Of a DNA stretch of 32,000 nucleotides, positions 8,311 to 19,328 are shown piece after piece. The notes under the pieces were generated by a model. The model did not search any database. It was not told where the DNA came from and worked only from the letters and a program-made list of their open reading frames with translations. Location of the stretch: NCBI RefSeq assembly GCF_000007145.1, contig NC_003902.1, positions 3,776,497-3,808,496 on the forward strand, in the 5' to 3' direction. A program made the translations under genes and the position numbers. How positions within the stretch are numbered: position 1 is the stretch's first letter; each line of letters opens with the position of its first letter. The DNA is from Xanthomonas campestris pv. campestris str. ATCC 33913 (lineage in GTDB: Bacteria > Pseudomonadota > Gammaproteobacteria > Xanthomonadales > Xanthomonadaceae).

Positions 8311-9777
8311 CTACAGCTCGCCCAGACCGCTGGCGCGGCCGTCTTCGCCCACTTCCAGCAGACGCAGCGTGTTGGTGGCGCCATGGGTTTCCATGTGCTC
8401 GCCGCTGGTGAACACCACGCGGTCGCCAGGCCCCATGCGCTCGTTCTCCACCAGCAGGCGGATCGCTGCGCGCGCGGCTTCGCGTGGGGTCAGGCCACGG
8501 CTGTCGAAACCGATCGGGAACACGCCACGCATCATCGCCATCTGGCGACGCGCGCCGTCATGACGGGTGAATGCATAGATCGGCATATTGGAACGGAAGC
8601 GCGACAGGTAACGCGGCGTGCCGCCGGATTCGGTCAACGCCACCACGCCGCCCAGACCGATGTGCTCGGACAGGAACATGGTCGCCATTGCGATCGCCTG
8701 GTCGGCGCGCTGCAGGTTGCGTTGCGCCGCTTCGAAGTCGGTATCGAACTCGAACTGGTGCTCGGCGCCCAGGCAGATGCGCGCCATCGCTTCCACTGCA
8801 CGCACCGGATACGCACCGGCAGCGGTTTCGGCCGAGAGCATCACCGCATCGGTGCCGTCGATGACCGCGTTGGCCACGTCGAGTACTTCGGCGCGGGTCG
8901 GGATCGGGCTTTCCACCATCGACTGCAGCATCTGGGTGGCCGTGATCACCACCTTGTTCTGCGCCAGCGACTCGCGAATGATCTTCTTCTGCAGGCCCGG
9001 CAATTCGGCATCGCCGATTTCCACGCCCAGATCGCCACGCGCCACCATCACCACGTCGGAGGCTTCGACGATTTCGACCAGGTTCTCGATCGCTTCGGTG
9101 CGCTCGATCTTGGACACCAACTGCGCATCGCAGCCGTGCTGCTGGGCGATCTGGCGGGCGTCGTGCATGTCCTGCGCGTTACGGCAGAACGACACCGCGA
9201 TGAAGTCCACGCCGATCTTGGCCACGATGCCGATCAGCTCCTTGTCGCGCTCGGTCAACGCGCCCAGCGACAGACCGCCGCCCTGCTTGTTGAGGCCCTT
9301 GCGGTCGGACAACACACCATCGTTGAGCACGGTGGTGACGATGCGCGCGCCCTGCACGTCGGTGACCTGCAGCTGCACCAGGCCATCGTCGAGCAGCAGC
9401 ACGTCACCGGCGGTGACATCCTGCGGCAGGCCCAGGTAGCTCACGCCCACCTGATGCTGATCGCCGGCCGGCGCATTGATATCGGCCACCAGGTCGAAAC
9501 GATCGCCCATGGTCAGCTTGATCTTGCCTCCGGCAAAGCGCTCGATGCGGATCTTCGGGCCCGGCAGGTCGGCCAGGATGCCCACTTCGGCGCCGACGCG
9601 GACGGCGGCGGCACGCACTTCGGCAGCGCGCTTGGCCTGGCCGGACGGGTCGCCGTGGCTGAAGTTGAGGCGCACCACGTTGACGCCCGCCTTGAACAAG
9701 GCGTCCAGCACACCAGGCGGATCCGTGGCCGGTCCCAGCGTGGCGAGGATCTTGGTGCGGCGTTGACGTTCTTTCAT
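8311..9777 (-). CDS. pykA: Pyruvate kinase
   Basis: MKERQRRTKILATLGPATD..., NFSHG, MVARGDLGVE and TQMLESM-like (TQMLQSM) motifs are present. The ATG at 9777 is chosen because it aligns with the canonical N-terminus. The ORF continues upstream to 9867. Confidence 0.95.
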   Translation of the reverse strand: MKERQRRTKILATLGPATDPPGVLDALFKAGVNVVRLNFSHGDPSGQAKRAAEVRAAAVRVGAEVGILADLPGPKIRIERFAGGKIKLTMGDRFDLVADINAPAGDQHQVGVSYLGLPQDVTAGDVLLLDDGLVQLQVTDVQGARIVTTVLNDGVLSDRKGLNKQGGGLSLGALTERDKELIGIVAKIGVDFIAVSFCRNAQDMHDARQIAQQHGCDAQLVSKIERTEAIENLVEIVEASDVVMVARGDLGVEIGDAELPGLQKKIIRESLAQNKVVITATQMLQSMVESPIPTRAEVLDVANAVIDGTDAVMLSAETAAGAYPVRAVEAMARICLGAEHQFEFDTDFEAAQRNLQRADQAIAMATMFLSEHIGLGGVVALTESGGTPRYLSRFRSNMPIYAFTRHDGARRQMAMMRGVFPIGFDSRGLTPREAARAAIRLLVENERMGPGDRVVFTSGEHMETHGATNTLRLLEVGEDGRASGLGEL

Positions 9778-9976
9778 GATGGCCTCCCTGTAAAAGCCGC
9801 GAAACTTAACACACGCGTCACGTACCGAGGATGGCATTGCGGCATAGCCTCCCTCCTTTTCCGGCATGTCTTACAGACAGTGCGGGACAGTACGTACGCT
9901 TTCGCAGCGTGTTGCCGCGGACGGCAGCACACTGCGGGTCGCCACCGTACGCCGGTGGCAGTGAAGACGCGCCGCG

Positions 9977-10624
9977 CTAGGCGCGGATCAGCCCGCTCAA
10001 CTCGGCTGGTGTGTGCGCAAGCGCACCGGCGCCGGCAGCGCGCAGTTCGGCTTCGTCGCCGAAGCCCCACAACACGCCGATGCTGTGGATGCCGTGGTGG
10101 TTGGCACCGTCGATATCCATGCGACGGTCGCCGATCATCACGCAGCCGGTCTTGTCGATCTGCAGGCGACGCAGCGCTTCGGCGATCAGGTCCGGCTTGA
10201 AGCGGCGCGCACCATCTTCGCTGGCACCGATGACGTCTTCGAAACACACCCCGAACGGCAGGTGCTCGACGATGCGGCGCGCGTAGCGCTCGTTCTTGGA
10301 GGTCACTACGGCCAGTCGATGGCCGGCACGGTGCAGGCCGGTGACCACATCGCCGATGCCGTCGAACACGCTGAGCTCGGTCCAGCCCACCGCGTCGTAA
10401 CGGGCGCGATAGGCGGCAAGCGCGCGCTGTACCAGGTCCGGATCCTCGGGGAAGCGCTCGCTGAAACTGTCGCGCAGCGGCGGGCCGATCCAGGCGCGCA
10501 ACGTCTGCGGCGAGGGCCGAGGCTGACCGACCTCGTCGAAGGCATGCACGATGCTGCCAACGATGCCGGGTTCCGAGTCGACCAGCGTGCCGTCCAGATC
10601 AAAGAACAGTGTGGCTGCACTCAC
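9977..10624 (-). CDS. HAD-superfamily hydrolase, phosphoglycolate-phosphatase-like
   Basis: HAD motif [12 protein letters not shown], motif II VVTSK, and motifs [16 protein letters not shown]. The GTG start overlaps the pgk stop as GTGA. Confidence 0.8.
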   Translation of the reverse strand: MSAATLFFDLDGTLVDSEPGIVGSIVHAFDEVGQPRPSPQTLRAWIGPPLRDSFSERFPEDPDLVQRALAAYRARYDAVGWTELSVFDGIGDVVTGLHRAGHRLAVVTSKNERYARRIVEHLPFGVCFEDVIGASEDGARRFKPDLIAEALRRLQIDKTGCVMIGDRRMDIDGANHHGIHSIGVLWGFGDEAELRAAGAGALAHTPAELSGLIRA

Positions 10625-11796
10625 TGCCCGCGGGCCTCGAGCGCGGCAACCGCCGGCAAGGTTTTGCCTTCCAGAAATTCCAGGAACGCGCCGCCGCCGG
10701 TGGAGATGTAGGTGACGTCCTTGGCGATGGCGTATTTGTCCACGGCCGCCAACGTGTCACCACCACCGGCGATCGAGAACGCCTTGGACGCGGCAATGGC
10801 ACGCGCCAGGGTCTCGGTGCCATGGCTGAAGGGCTCGAACTCGAACACGCCGACCGGGCCGTTCCAGACCACGGTGCCGGCATTGGCAATCAGTTCGGCA
10901 TAGTGCGCCGCGGTCTGCGGGCCGATGTCCAGGATCAGATCGTCGGCATCCACCTGGTCGAGCGACTTCACGCTCGCCTCGGCATCGGGCAGGAACTGCT
11001 TGGCCACCACCACGTCGGTGGGCAACGGAATCTCCGCGCCGCGTGCCTTGGCATCGGCGACGATCTGGTTGGCGGTCGGGATCAGGTCCGGCTCGCTGAG
11101 CGACTTGCCCACGTCGTGGCCGGCCGCGGCGATGAAGGTATTGGCGATGCCGCCGCCCACGATCAACTGGTCGACCTTGTTGACCAGGTTGGAGAGCAGT
11201 TCCAGCTTGGTCGAAACCTTGCTGCCGGCCACGATCGCCAGCAGCGGCTTGGCCGGGTTGTCCAGCGCCTTGGCCAGCGCGTCGAGCTCGGCCATCAGCA
11301 GCGGGCCACCGGCTGCCACCGGCGCGAACCGGATCACGCCATGCGTGGAGGCCTGCGCACGATGCGCGGTGCCGAAGGCGTCCATGACAAACACATCGCA
11401 CAGCGCGGCGTACTTACGCGCGAGCGCTTCGTCATCCTTGCCCTCGCCCACGTTCATGCGGCAATTTTCCAGCAGCACCACCTGGCCCGGCGCCACGTCC
11501 ACGCCATCGACCCAGTCACGCACCAGCGGCACGTCCAAGCCCAGCAGGGTGGTCAGTCGCGCGGCCACCGGCGCCAGCGAATCTTCCTCGCTCCAGGTGC
11601 CTTCCTTCGGGCGGCCCAGGTGCGAGGTCACCATCACCGCGGCGCCCTTTTCCAGCGCCAGCTTGATGGTGGGCACCGAGGCGGTGATGCGCTGTTCGGA
11701 GGTGATCTGGCCGTTGTCGATCGGCACGTTGAGATCCTGGCGGATCAGCACGCGCTTGCCGGAAAGATCGAGGTCGGTCATGCGGACAATGGACAT
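10621..11796 (-). CDS. pgk: Phosphoglycerate kinase
   Basis: 391 aa with the canonical motifs [27 protein letters not shown] and [14 protein letters not shown]. Confidence 0.97.
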   Translation of the reverse strand: MSIVRMTDLDLSGKRVLIRQDLNVPIDNGQITSEQRITASVPTIKLALEKGAAVMVTSHLGRPKEGTWSEEDSLAPVAARLTTLLGLDVPLVRDWVDGVDVAPGQVVLLENCRMNVGEGKDDEALARKYAALCDVFVMDAFGTAHRAQASTHGVIRFAPVAAGGPLLMAELDALAKALDNPAKPLLAIVAGSKVSTKLELLSNLVNKVDQLIVGGGIANTFIAAAGHDVGKSLSEPDLIPTANQIVADAKARGAEIPLPTDVVVAKQFLPDAEASVKSLDQVDADDLILDIGPQTAAHYAELIANAGTVVWNGPVGVFEFEPFSHGTETLARAIAASKAFSIAGGGDTLAAVDKYAIAKDVTYISTGGGAFLEFLEGKTLPAVAALEARGQ

Positions 11797-11819
11797 GGGC
11801 TCAGCTCGCTAAGTCGTTG

Positions 11820-11861
11820 GGGGAATGGGGAATGGGGAATGGGGAATGGGGAATGGGGAAT
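11820..11861. repeat. Perfect heptanucleotide microsatellite (GGGGAAT)x6, which reads (ATTCCCC)x6 on the pgk strand
   Basis: Six uninterrupted 7-bp units counted directly. The tract lies 24-65 nt upstream of the pgk ATG. Confidence 0.95.
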
Positions 11862-12116
11862 CGAAACAGCTGCAGGCATGCAGCGCGCTGACGACCACGC
11901 ACTGTGCTGGCAAGGGAACAGATGACGCGTTGCAGGCTGCCGGTGCGCCACCGCGCAGAACGCGCGGTGCGTTTCACAGACGCCGTCGCCGCAGATGCGG
12001 GTGGCGCGAACTGTGGTCGGTCGAACACGACGGGCAATGCGGCTGCCTTGGCGACGGGGGACGCCCATTGTCGGACCTTCGCGCCGCAGCGGCAAACCCG
12101 CAACGGCGCCTCGCCA

Positions 12117-13481
12117 TCAGGCATCGCGGTTGGCGCTGGCACTGCGCAACAGACTCACCGCAAAACCACCGACCACCACGGCACCCCCCACCAACAGCGC
12201 CCACAGTAGCCAGCGCTTCCAGTCACGCGGCACCGCAGCCGGCTGCAGCGCCGCCGCGCCTGCCAGTGGCTGCGCCGCGCCGGCGATGCGCGCGGTGGCC
12301 GGCTGCCATTGCGCGCCGCGTTCCTGGCGCAAGGCGACAAGCATCGAGGTCAAGGGCGCGTCGGTGCGCTGCGCACGCGCACTCCCGGCCACCAGCGCGT
12401 ACGGCGCTTGGCCTTGGGTAAGAAACACTAGCCGCTCCGGCTGATAGCCCACCCGCAGCGTCGGCACACCGGTCCGGCGGCCTTGCGCGGCAAGCAATCG
12501 CCACTGGCGGTCGCGGACGCTGCCACCGGACACTGGCTGTGGCGGCGAGGCGGACGCGGCGCTGCCCAGGCAATAGCCCAGCCACGGCCCGGCACGCTGC
12601 AACCAGGGCGCCTGGTCGCCATCGCGGCTTTCGACGACCCATTCCACGGCCTCGGCACGGGCGCCCTGCACATCCACCTGCGCAATCGGGAATCGCCCCG
12701 GCAAGGTGTAGACCACCCGCGTTTCCTGCGCGGTGCCCTGCAGGTCGAGTTGCTGCCACTGCGCAGGCGCGGCGGCGCCTTCCAGCTCCAGTTCCACCTG
12801 CGTCAACGCAGGCAGCGCGCCGGAGACCGGCACCAGGCGCAGATAGCGCGCGCCCTGTTCCAGCGCGATGCGCCGCTGCTGCAAACGCTGGCCGTTGTTG
12901 TCAAGCGCCATCACCGTGGCGTCGGCTGCGAGCACGCGCCAGTCACGCAGATCGTCGCTGCCTTCCACGCGCAGCTGCGCCTGCACCGGCGTGGTGCCAT
13001 CCCAGTCGAGCCACAGCGCGCGTGGCGCCTCACGCACACCGTTGGCATCCACCAGCCAGCCCGGGCCGGCACCGTCGCGCGTGGACGCGCCTGTCGCCAC
13101 CCGGCCTTCGAGCCGGCGCACCGCACCGGACGCATCGCGCTCGGCAATCAGTTGCAGGTCGCCCCTGGCCGCTTCGGCACCGGCCGGCAACGCAAACACC
13201 GGCACGCGCTGCCGCCGTGGCGCCGCCTGCGCCGCTACTTCCGCGGGTAGCAGCGCCGAGGGCATCTCGTCGCCGCGTGCATCGAGCACGGCCACGTCGC
13301 GCAATTGCGCATCGCGCGCCGCCCGGTACACCACCCCATCCAGCGTCAGCTGATACATGCCGGCATCGGACTGCGCGACCTGCAGCGGCCATTGCTGGAC
13401 GAAATCACTCCGCAGATCGCCGGCCTGCACCACCCCGGCAATGCCAGCCACTGCCAACGGCAGCCACCCTCGTATCCGCAT
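12117..13481 (-). CDS. DUF3999-like exported protein with a C-terminal membrane anchor (unknown function)
   Basis: The start MRIRGWLPLAVAGIAGVVQA looks like a signal peptide. The C-terminus WKRWLLWALLVGGAVVVGGFAVSLL is a TM helix. Size (454 aa) and adjacency to a DUF2339-like gene match my memory of the DUF3999 family. The ATG shares one nt with the upstream stop (TGATG). Confidence 0.7.
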   Translation of the reverse strand: MRIRGWLPLAVAGIAGVVQAGDLRSDFVQQWPLQVAQSDAGMYQLTLDGVVYRAARDAQLRDVAVLDARGDEMPSALLPAEVAAQAAPRRQRVPVFALPAGAEAARGDLQLIAERDASGAVRRLEGRVATGASTRDGAGPGWLVDANGVREAPRALWLDWDGTTPVQAQLRVEGSDDLRDWRVLAADATVMALDNNGQRLQQRRIALEQGARYLRLVPVSGALPALTQVELELEGAAAPAQWQQLDLQGTAQETRVVYTLPGRFPIAQVDVQGARAEAVEWVVESRDGDQAPWLQRAGPWLGYCLGSAASASPPQPVSGGSVRDRQWRLLAAQGRRTGVPTLRVGYQPERLVFLTQGQAPYALVAGSARAQRTDAPLTSMLVALRQERGAQWQPATARIAGAAQPLAGAAALQPAAVPRDWKRWLLWALLVGGAVVVGGFAVSLLRSASANRDA

Positions 13482-16207
13482 CACACACGCTCCTCGGCAA
13501 GTGGCGCCTGACGCGGCGGCGCCGGTGCCAGATAACCCACCACGGTGCACAACAGGCCATAGGCCATGAACGAGCCGATGCCCAGCAGATTGCCCAGATG
13601 CTGGCGGTCCACCAGCACCAGCTTGGCCAGCACCAGTCCCATCAGTAGCGCACCACCCAGCCACAGGCCACGTTGCCCGCGACGCGAGCCGATCACCCAA
13701 CCCAGCACGCCCAGCACGCTCCACACGATGGTCAGGCTGGTCTGCGACAGCGTCGCGCCCAGCAGCTCCGTATCCCAGGGAACTCCGCCCCAGTGATGCA
13801 CGCTGTGCAAGGTGCTGCCGGTGAGCAAGGCCCAGCCCAGCACGCCCAGCGCAGTGACGCGCCAACGCTGCAGCAGCACTGGCGACTGTGCCGACCAGGC
13901 CCAGCGTGCGAGCAAGGCCAGCACCGCCAGCTGCGCCAATTCGGCCGGATTGAGCAGCGGCAGCCACGGCAGCGGCGATGCGCTCACCGGGTCCAGCAGC
14001 ACCAGCACCCAGCCAACGCCCAGCACGCCGAACACGCAACTCAGCAGTGCGGTGCGGGCAGGGGCGAAGCTCGCCCCCTGCGGCCAGGCAATCCAGGACC
14101 AATGCAGCAGGCCAAGCGCCGCCACGATCAGCCACGGCGCAGCGAGCAATGCGCAGCGCCACCCATTGGCCAGCAGGAAGGCGTCGGCCAACCAGGCGGC
14201 GCCCAACCACACCACCAAGGGCCACAGCAACCACCAGATGAACTGCGCAGCGATCGCGCCGGCACCATGCTGCATGCGCAGGCACCACAACGCACGCGCG
14301 CCGGCCACGGCGAACGCCAACCACGCCAGCGCGCCCCAGTGCGCGAACGGTTGGGTATGCGCATGGCTCTGCCACAGTGCCAGCGGCGCAGCCAGCGCCA
14401 GCCCGGCCATGACCGTCCACACCAACGCCGCTGCAGGCCGGCGGCGATGCACCTCGGCCGCCAGCCAGACGGTCAGCGCAACGAAGCCCAGCAGCAGGTC
14501 CGGCTCGCTACGCAGGTCGCCGGCAAAGCGCAGGATCTCGTGCACACCGCACAGCGTCCACCAGCCCAGGCCCCACAGATACGCCACCAGCGCGCGGCGC
14601 GGGTGCCCCGCATCGCGCAGGAACCAGGCACTGGCCCAGCCAGCCAGCGCCAGCAGCAAGGTGCTCATGCAGGTGGCATTGGCAACCGCCACGCTGTCGT
14701 AGCGCCACGCATCCACGCCGAAGGCCACACCGATCGCGGCCAGCATCTGCAAGCCCACACCGCTGACCTGCGAGAACCGCCGCTGCTGCCGCAAACCCAG
14801 CCACAGCAAGCCGACGCCTTCCAGTGCGAACACGCTGGCGGTGGCACGCGCCGACAACGCCAACGGCACCGCCAGCGTGGCAAAGCCCACGGCCAGCATT
14901 GCGTGCGCCTCGCCCAGCAGACGCGTCGCCGGGCGGCGCAGCAACCATGCGGCCAGTGCCGCATACAACGCGGCCACGGCCAGCGCGCACAACGCCAGTG
15001 GCAGGCGGTCGCCCTCCAGCAGGCGCGCCTGCAACGCGAACGCGACCAGCGGCGTGCCGAACAACAGGCTGCCATCGATCAACTTGCCGGCACTGCCATC
15101 GCCACGCCGCGCGTGCAGCACCGGGATGGCCACATACATGGCGAAGAACAACAACAGGAACGGCTCGGTCGTGGCGAACTTCACCGGGGCGTACTGCAGC
15201 GCACCCCACAACGTGCCGATGCCGAAGGTAAATGCGAATCCGAGCAGATTCAGCACCCGCCACGGGCGCACCCAGGCAACTGCCACGATGCCGGCGTTGA
15301 GCACCGCGTAGTAACTAAACAACGCAACATGATTGCCGCTGCCACTGGACAACCAGATCGGCGCCAAAAAGCCCGCCAGCACGCCCAGAACGGCCAACGT
15401 GCGCGAATCCTGCAGCACGGCCAGCACGCACATGCCGGCAATCAACACCACGCTGATGCCCATCGCAAGCCCGGCACCGAGCAACCCGTACAACTTGAAC
15501 GCAGCGAACACGGTCAACAGCAGGCCACCGATGGCACCGCCCTGCAGCGCCAGCGCAAAGCCGGGCCGCACCGTGCGCTGCCGCCAACCGAAGACCAGGC
15601 CGGCCAAGGCCACCGCACTGATGCCAGCCAGGCGCAGCTCGACCGGCATGCGCATCCAGCCCTGATCGCTGGCGTATTTCAGCAGCGACGCAACGCCGGC
15701 CAGCAGCACCAGCATGCCCACCTTGACCGGCACATTGCCTTCGGTGAACCAGCGCTTCAGCGCACTGGCGGCGCGCTCGATCGCATTTAGCGCCGGTGGT
15801 GGAGTCGGTGCGGATGGCGGCCGTGTTGGCTGCGCCGATGCAGCAACCGGCGACGGCGTGCGCGCGGCAACCTCGGAGACACTGGCACTGCTGCGCGCGG
15901 CAAGCGACGGATCCATGCTGTGCGACGGTGACGGGACCGGTGCGGTGGCGCGCGGTACCGGCGCCACTGCCTCTGTCGGCATGCTGACCTGTGAGGGCAC
16001 CGGCTGATCGTCAACCGGTGCGTTGGGCGCTGCCTGCGCGCTTGCACGTGCCGCAGCTGCAGGCGCCGCAACGCCTTGCCACTGTGCGACCCGCTGCTCC
16101 AGCTCCCAGACCCGCCGCTGCAGTCTGCCCACCCACACCAGCGCTATCACCAGCCCAACCGGCAGGGCCAGGACCGCAAGGCCCACCATTACGATGATCG
16201 ATTCCAC
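13481..16207 (-). CDS. DUF2339-like large polytopic membrane protein (unknown function)
   Basis: 908 aa. It has an N-terminal TM helix, a coiled-coil-like stretch LQRRVWELEQRVAQWQ, an Ala/Pro-rich linker, then many hydrophobic segments. The GTG start at 16207 is preceded by GGGGGA. Confidence 0.75.
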   Translation of the reverse strand: MESIIVMVGLAVLALPVGLVIALVWVGRLQRRVWELEQRVAQWQGVAAPAAAARASAQAAPNAPVDDQPVPSQVSMPTEAVAPVPRATAPVPSPSHSMDPSLAARSSASVSEVAARTPSPVAASAQPTRPPSAPTPPPALNAIERAASALKRWFTEGNVPVKVGMLVLLAGVASLLKYASDQGWMRMPVELRLAGISAVALAGLVFGWRQRTVRPGFALALQGGAIGGLLLTVFAAFKLYGLLGAGLAMGISVVLIAGMCVLAVLQDSRTLAVLGVLAGFLAPIWLSSGSGNHVALFSYYAVLNAGIVAVAWVRPWRVLNLLGFAFTFGIGTLWGALQYAPVKFATTEPFLLLFFAMYVAIPVLHARRGDGSAGKLIDGSLLFGTPLVAFALQARLLEGDRLPLALCALAVAALYAALAAWLLRRPATRLLGEAHAMLAVGFATLAVPLALSARATASVFALEGVGLLWLGLRQQRRFSQVSGVGLQMLAAIGVAFGVDAWRYDSVAVANATCMSTLLLALAGWASAWFLRDAGHPRRALVAYLWGLGWWTLCGVHEILRFAGDLRSEPDLLLGFVALTVWLAAEVHRRRPAAALVWTVMAGLALAAPLALWQSHAHTQPFAHWGALAWLAFAVAGARALWCLRMQHGAGAIAAQFIWWLLWPLVVWLGAAWLADAFLLANGWRCALLAAPWLIVAALGLLHWSWIAWPQGASFAPARTALLSCVFGVLGVGWVLVLLDPVSASPLPWLPLLNPAELAQLAVLALLARWAWSAQSPVLLQRWRVTALGVLGWALLTGSTLHSVHHWGGVPWDTELLGATLSQTSLTIVWSVLGVLGWVIGSRRGQRGLWLGGALLMGLVLAKLVLVDRQHLGNLLGIGSFMAYGLLCTVVGYLAPAPPRQAPLAEERV

Positions 16208-16341
16208 CTGTCCCCCACCCCGGCATCCGGCCGGCTGCGCGAACCATACAGGCTGCGGCCACGCATTGGCAGCACCGCACGCGGTGTAGAGACATCAGGG
16301 TCTTAGTGCGCGCCTCACCATAAAACGCCAGCCACACGCAT

Positions 16342-16373
16342 AAAAAAACGCCCGGATGACCGGGCGTTTTTTT
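16342..16373 (-). terminator. Strong bidirectional rho-independent terminator
   Basis: AAAAAAACGCCCGG-atga-CCGGGCGTTTTTTT sits directly after the stop of the 16378-16848 gene. Confidence 0.9.
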
Positions 16374-16377
16374 AGGA

Positions 16378-16848
16378 TTATTCGCGGTAACCGCTGTCGT
16401 TCTTGTTATGGATGATCCAGATCAGGTTGCCGCCGGTATCCATCGACTTGCCGGCAAACACCAGACGGCCCTGGCCCTTGTAGGCCATCTCGTACCGGTA
16501 GCGGTCGCCGCCGAAGAAGAACGGAATGAACGCCTTGCCAGTCACGTACGAACCCTGGTCGTTCGGCTGACCGATCAGATCGGTGACCTGCTTCATCGGC
16601 ATGCCGATCTGCAACTGCGTGAACTTGCTGCCCGGCGCAGGCTTACCGGTGATTTCGCCCTCGTAATCGTTGACGCCCTTGACGGTCTCACCGTAGCCCG
16701 CCTCGACATCGGACGACTTGATCACTTCGCCATCGGCATTCATCCAGGCCGGCGTACCGGTCTGCTTCTTGGCTGCCCAGCTGGTGGACGGTACCGCACA
16801 CGCAATAACAACGCCGAACGCCAGCGCGCCCGCAAGAAACTTATTCAT
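16378..16848 (-). CDS. Small secreted protein or lipoprotein of unknown function
   Basis: 156 aa. The N-terminus MNKFLAGALAFGVVIACAVPSTSWA is a signal peptide with a possible lipobox Cys. The LQIGMPMKQVTDLIGQP segment is reminiscent of BamE/SmpA-like folds. Confidence 0.7.
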   Translation of the reverse strand: MNKFLAGALAFGVVIACAVPSTSWAAKKQTGTPAWMNADGEVIKSSDVEAGYGETVKGVNDYEGEITGKPAPGSKFTQLQIGMPMKQVTDLIGQPNDQGSYVTGKAFIPFFFGGDRYRYEMAYKGQGRLVFAGKSMDTGGNLIWIIHNKNDSGYRE

Positions 16849-17002
16849 GTCTGTATCTCTCTATCCATGGAGTTCCCCGATCCTTCAACACGACACGGGA
16901 ACGGCCGCCGTGCCCGCAAATTAGCGCACGTGATGCCGATAAAGTCCACTTCGGGCGGCCACATATGTGCGCTGCACCAAGCGCTGCCGGCAAAGAAAGA
17001 TG

Positions 17003-17036
17003 CAAAAAACAAAAGCCCCAGCAAGCTGGGGCCTTT
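17003..17036 (-). terminator. gapA terminator
   Basis: On the minus strand a GCCCCAG...CTGGGGC stem is followed by TTTTGTTTTTT, about 25 nt after the gapA stop. Confidence 0.75.
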
Positions 17037-17059
17037 GCGACAGCATCAGACGGGAGTGC

Positions 17060-18115
<1,056 letters not shown>

Positions 18116-18591
18116 CTAGCAGCGTCCCACACCGGCGACGGTGCCCGGACAGGCGCTGCGACACACCGTTCGACCCGCGGCACATCACGCAGAACACACG
18201 CTCTGCTGGCACCGGTGCGCACGCCGCAAGCCTTGGTCCGGCAGGCACGCGCCCAGTGCGCACCATTGCCTGACGCAGGACGACGGAACGCACCGCTGCG
18301 CCGCCAACGGACTCGGCGGGAGTGCGGGCAGCCGAGGCCAGATGGGAGCGGCAATTCCAAGTCCTTTAGTTGAGGCCGCATACCCGACGCGTCGCCACGC
18401 CCAAGCCCACCCTGCGACCGACACCCCAGAAACCGCCTGATTCGCCCCACAACCAAGACGGACGGCTCACTCCAAAATACGCCGCCCGGCATATTCACGA
18501 CTATGCCGAACAGCAGAATTTCCACCCTCCGCGGATTTCGATACTGGGCTCGCCCACTGAGGCAACCCCCATCACTCAACGGAGATACCCC

Positions 18592-19110
18592 ATGCGTCGC
18601 ACCCTCTTCTCTCTGGTTCTGGCTCTGGCTGCCACCCCGGCGCTGGCTGGCGGCGTGATGCACTACACCGACAAGGCCGCACTGCCCGCCGATGGCGAAG
18701 CGCGCGAAGTGGCTGCGCTGTTCGACACCTGGAACGCGGCCCTGGCCACCGGCAACCCGCACAAGGTGGCCGACCTGTACGCCCCGGACGGCGTGCTGCT
18801 GCCGACGGTTTCCAACGAAGTGCGCGCCTCGCGCGAGCAGATCGAAAACTACTTCGAGATGTTCCTGACCAAAAAGCCGAAGGGCGTCATCAACTACCGC
18901 ACCGTGCGCCTGCTCGATGACGACAGCGCGGTGGATGCGGGTGTGTACACCTTCACGCTCACCGACAAGAACGGCAAGAAGAGCGATGTGCAGGCCCGCT
19001 ACACCTTCGTGTACGAAAAGCGCGACGGCAAGTGGCTGATCATCAACCACCACAGCTCGGCCATGCCGGAAGTGGATACCGCCACCGCGTCGGTCAGCAA
19101 GACCAAGTAA
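18592..19110 (+). CDS. Secreted SnoaL-like / CaMKII-association-domain-like (DUF4440-type) protein
   Basis: Signal peptide MRRTLFSLVLALAATPALA. The core LFDTWNAALATGNP...YTFVYEKRDGKWLIINHHSSAMP is typical of this fold family. GGAGA lies 7 nt upstream of the ATG. Confidence 0.7.
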   Translation: MRRTLFSLVLALAATPALAGGVMHYTDKAALPADGEAREVAALFDTWNAALATGNPHKVADLYAPDGVLLPTVSNEVRASREQIENYFEMFLTKKPKGVINYRTVRLLDDDSAVDAGVYTFTLTDKNGKKSDVQARYTFVYEKRDGKWLIINHHSSAMPEVDTATASVSKTK

Positions 19111-19146
19111 GCCGGCCAGATCGACGCGGCCCGCCGCGTCATTGCC

Positions 19147-19179
19147 GCAGCGTTCGGCCCCCTCCCCGCCGAACGCTGC
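19147..19179 (+). terminator. Hairpin after the SnoaL-like gene (putative terminator)
   Basis: GCAGCGTTCGGC-ccccctcccc-type loop-GCCGAACGCTGC forms a 12-bp perfect stem with no U-tract. Confidence 0.45.
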
Positions 19180-19328
19180 GCGCGGCGCAGGCAGCGCGCA
19201 TGCCCTGCGTTCCTGCACCAGATACCCGCGCCGTCACTGCATGCGCTGCACCTGATTGATCAGGATCAAGGCAGCAACGGCGCGCACGTTCAAGACTTCG
19301 CTCACTCCTACAACGACACGAGACCCTC

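Noticed and set aside
8098-10200. Very long ORFs antisense to or overlapping the real genes, e.g. 8098-10200(+), 1337-2707(+), 7016-8083(+), 10609-11925(+), 13673-15790(+), 16967-18070(+), 2460-3665(-), 24351-25448(-) and 25024-25989(-).
   Set aside because: Their translations are Arg/Ala/Gly/His/Gln-rich low-complexity strings with no family resemblance. Each lies opposite a gene with clear homology. Long spurious stop-free frames are expected in DNA this GC-rich.
11820-11975. The idea that the + strand of the heptamer tract, with six GGA-containing units followed by an 8-bp GC hairpin and TTT at 11949-11974, encodes an RsmA/CsrA-sponge-type small RNA.
   Set aside because: I could not find a convincing + strand promoter upstream. 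The hairpin has only a 3-T tail, and the GGA motifs are not in obvious stem-loops. This is pure speculation unless transcript data show otherwise.
13482-14420. The N-terminal extension that turns the DUF3999-like ORF into a 767-aa protein.
   Set aside because: The extension overlaps the DUF2339-like gene in another frame and looks like GC-rich noise. A signal-peptide-like start (MRIRGWLPLAVAG...) with stop/start coupling occurs at 13481.
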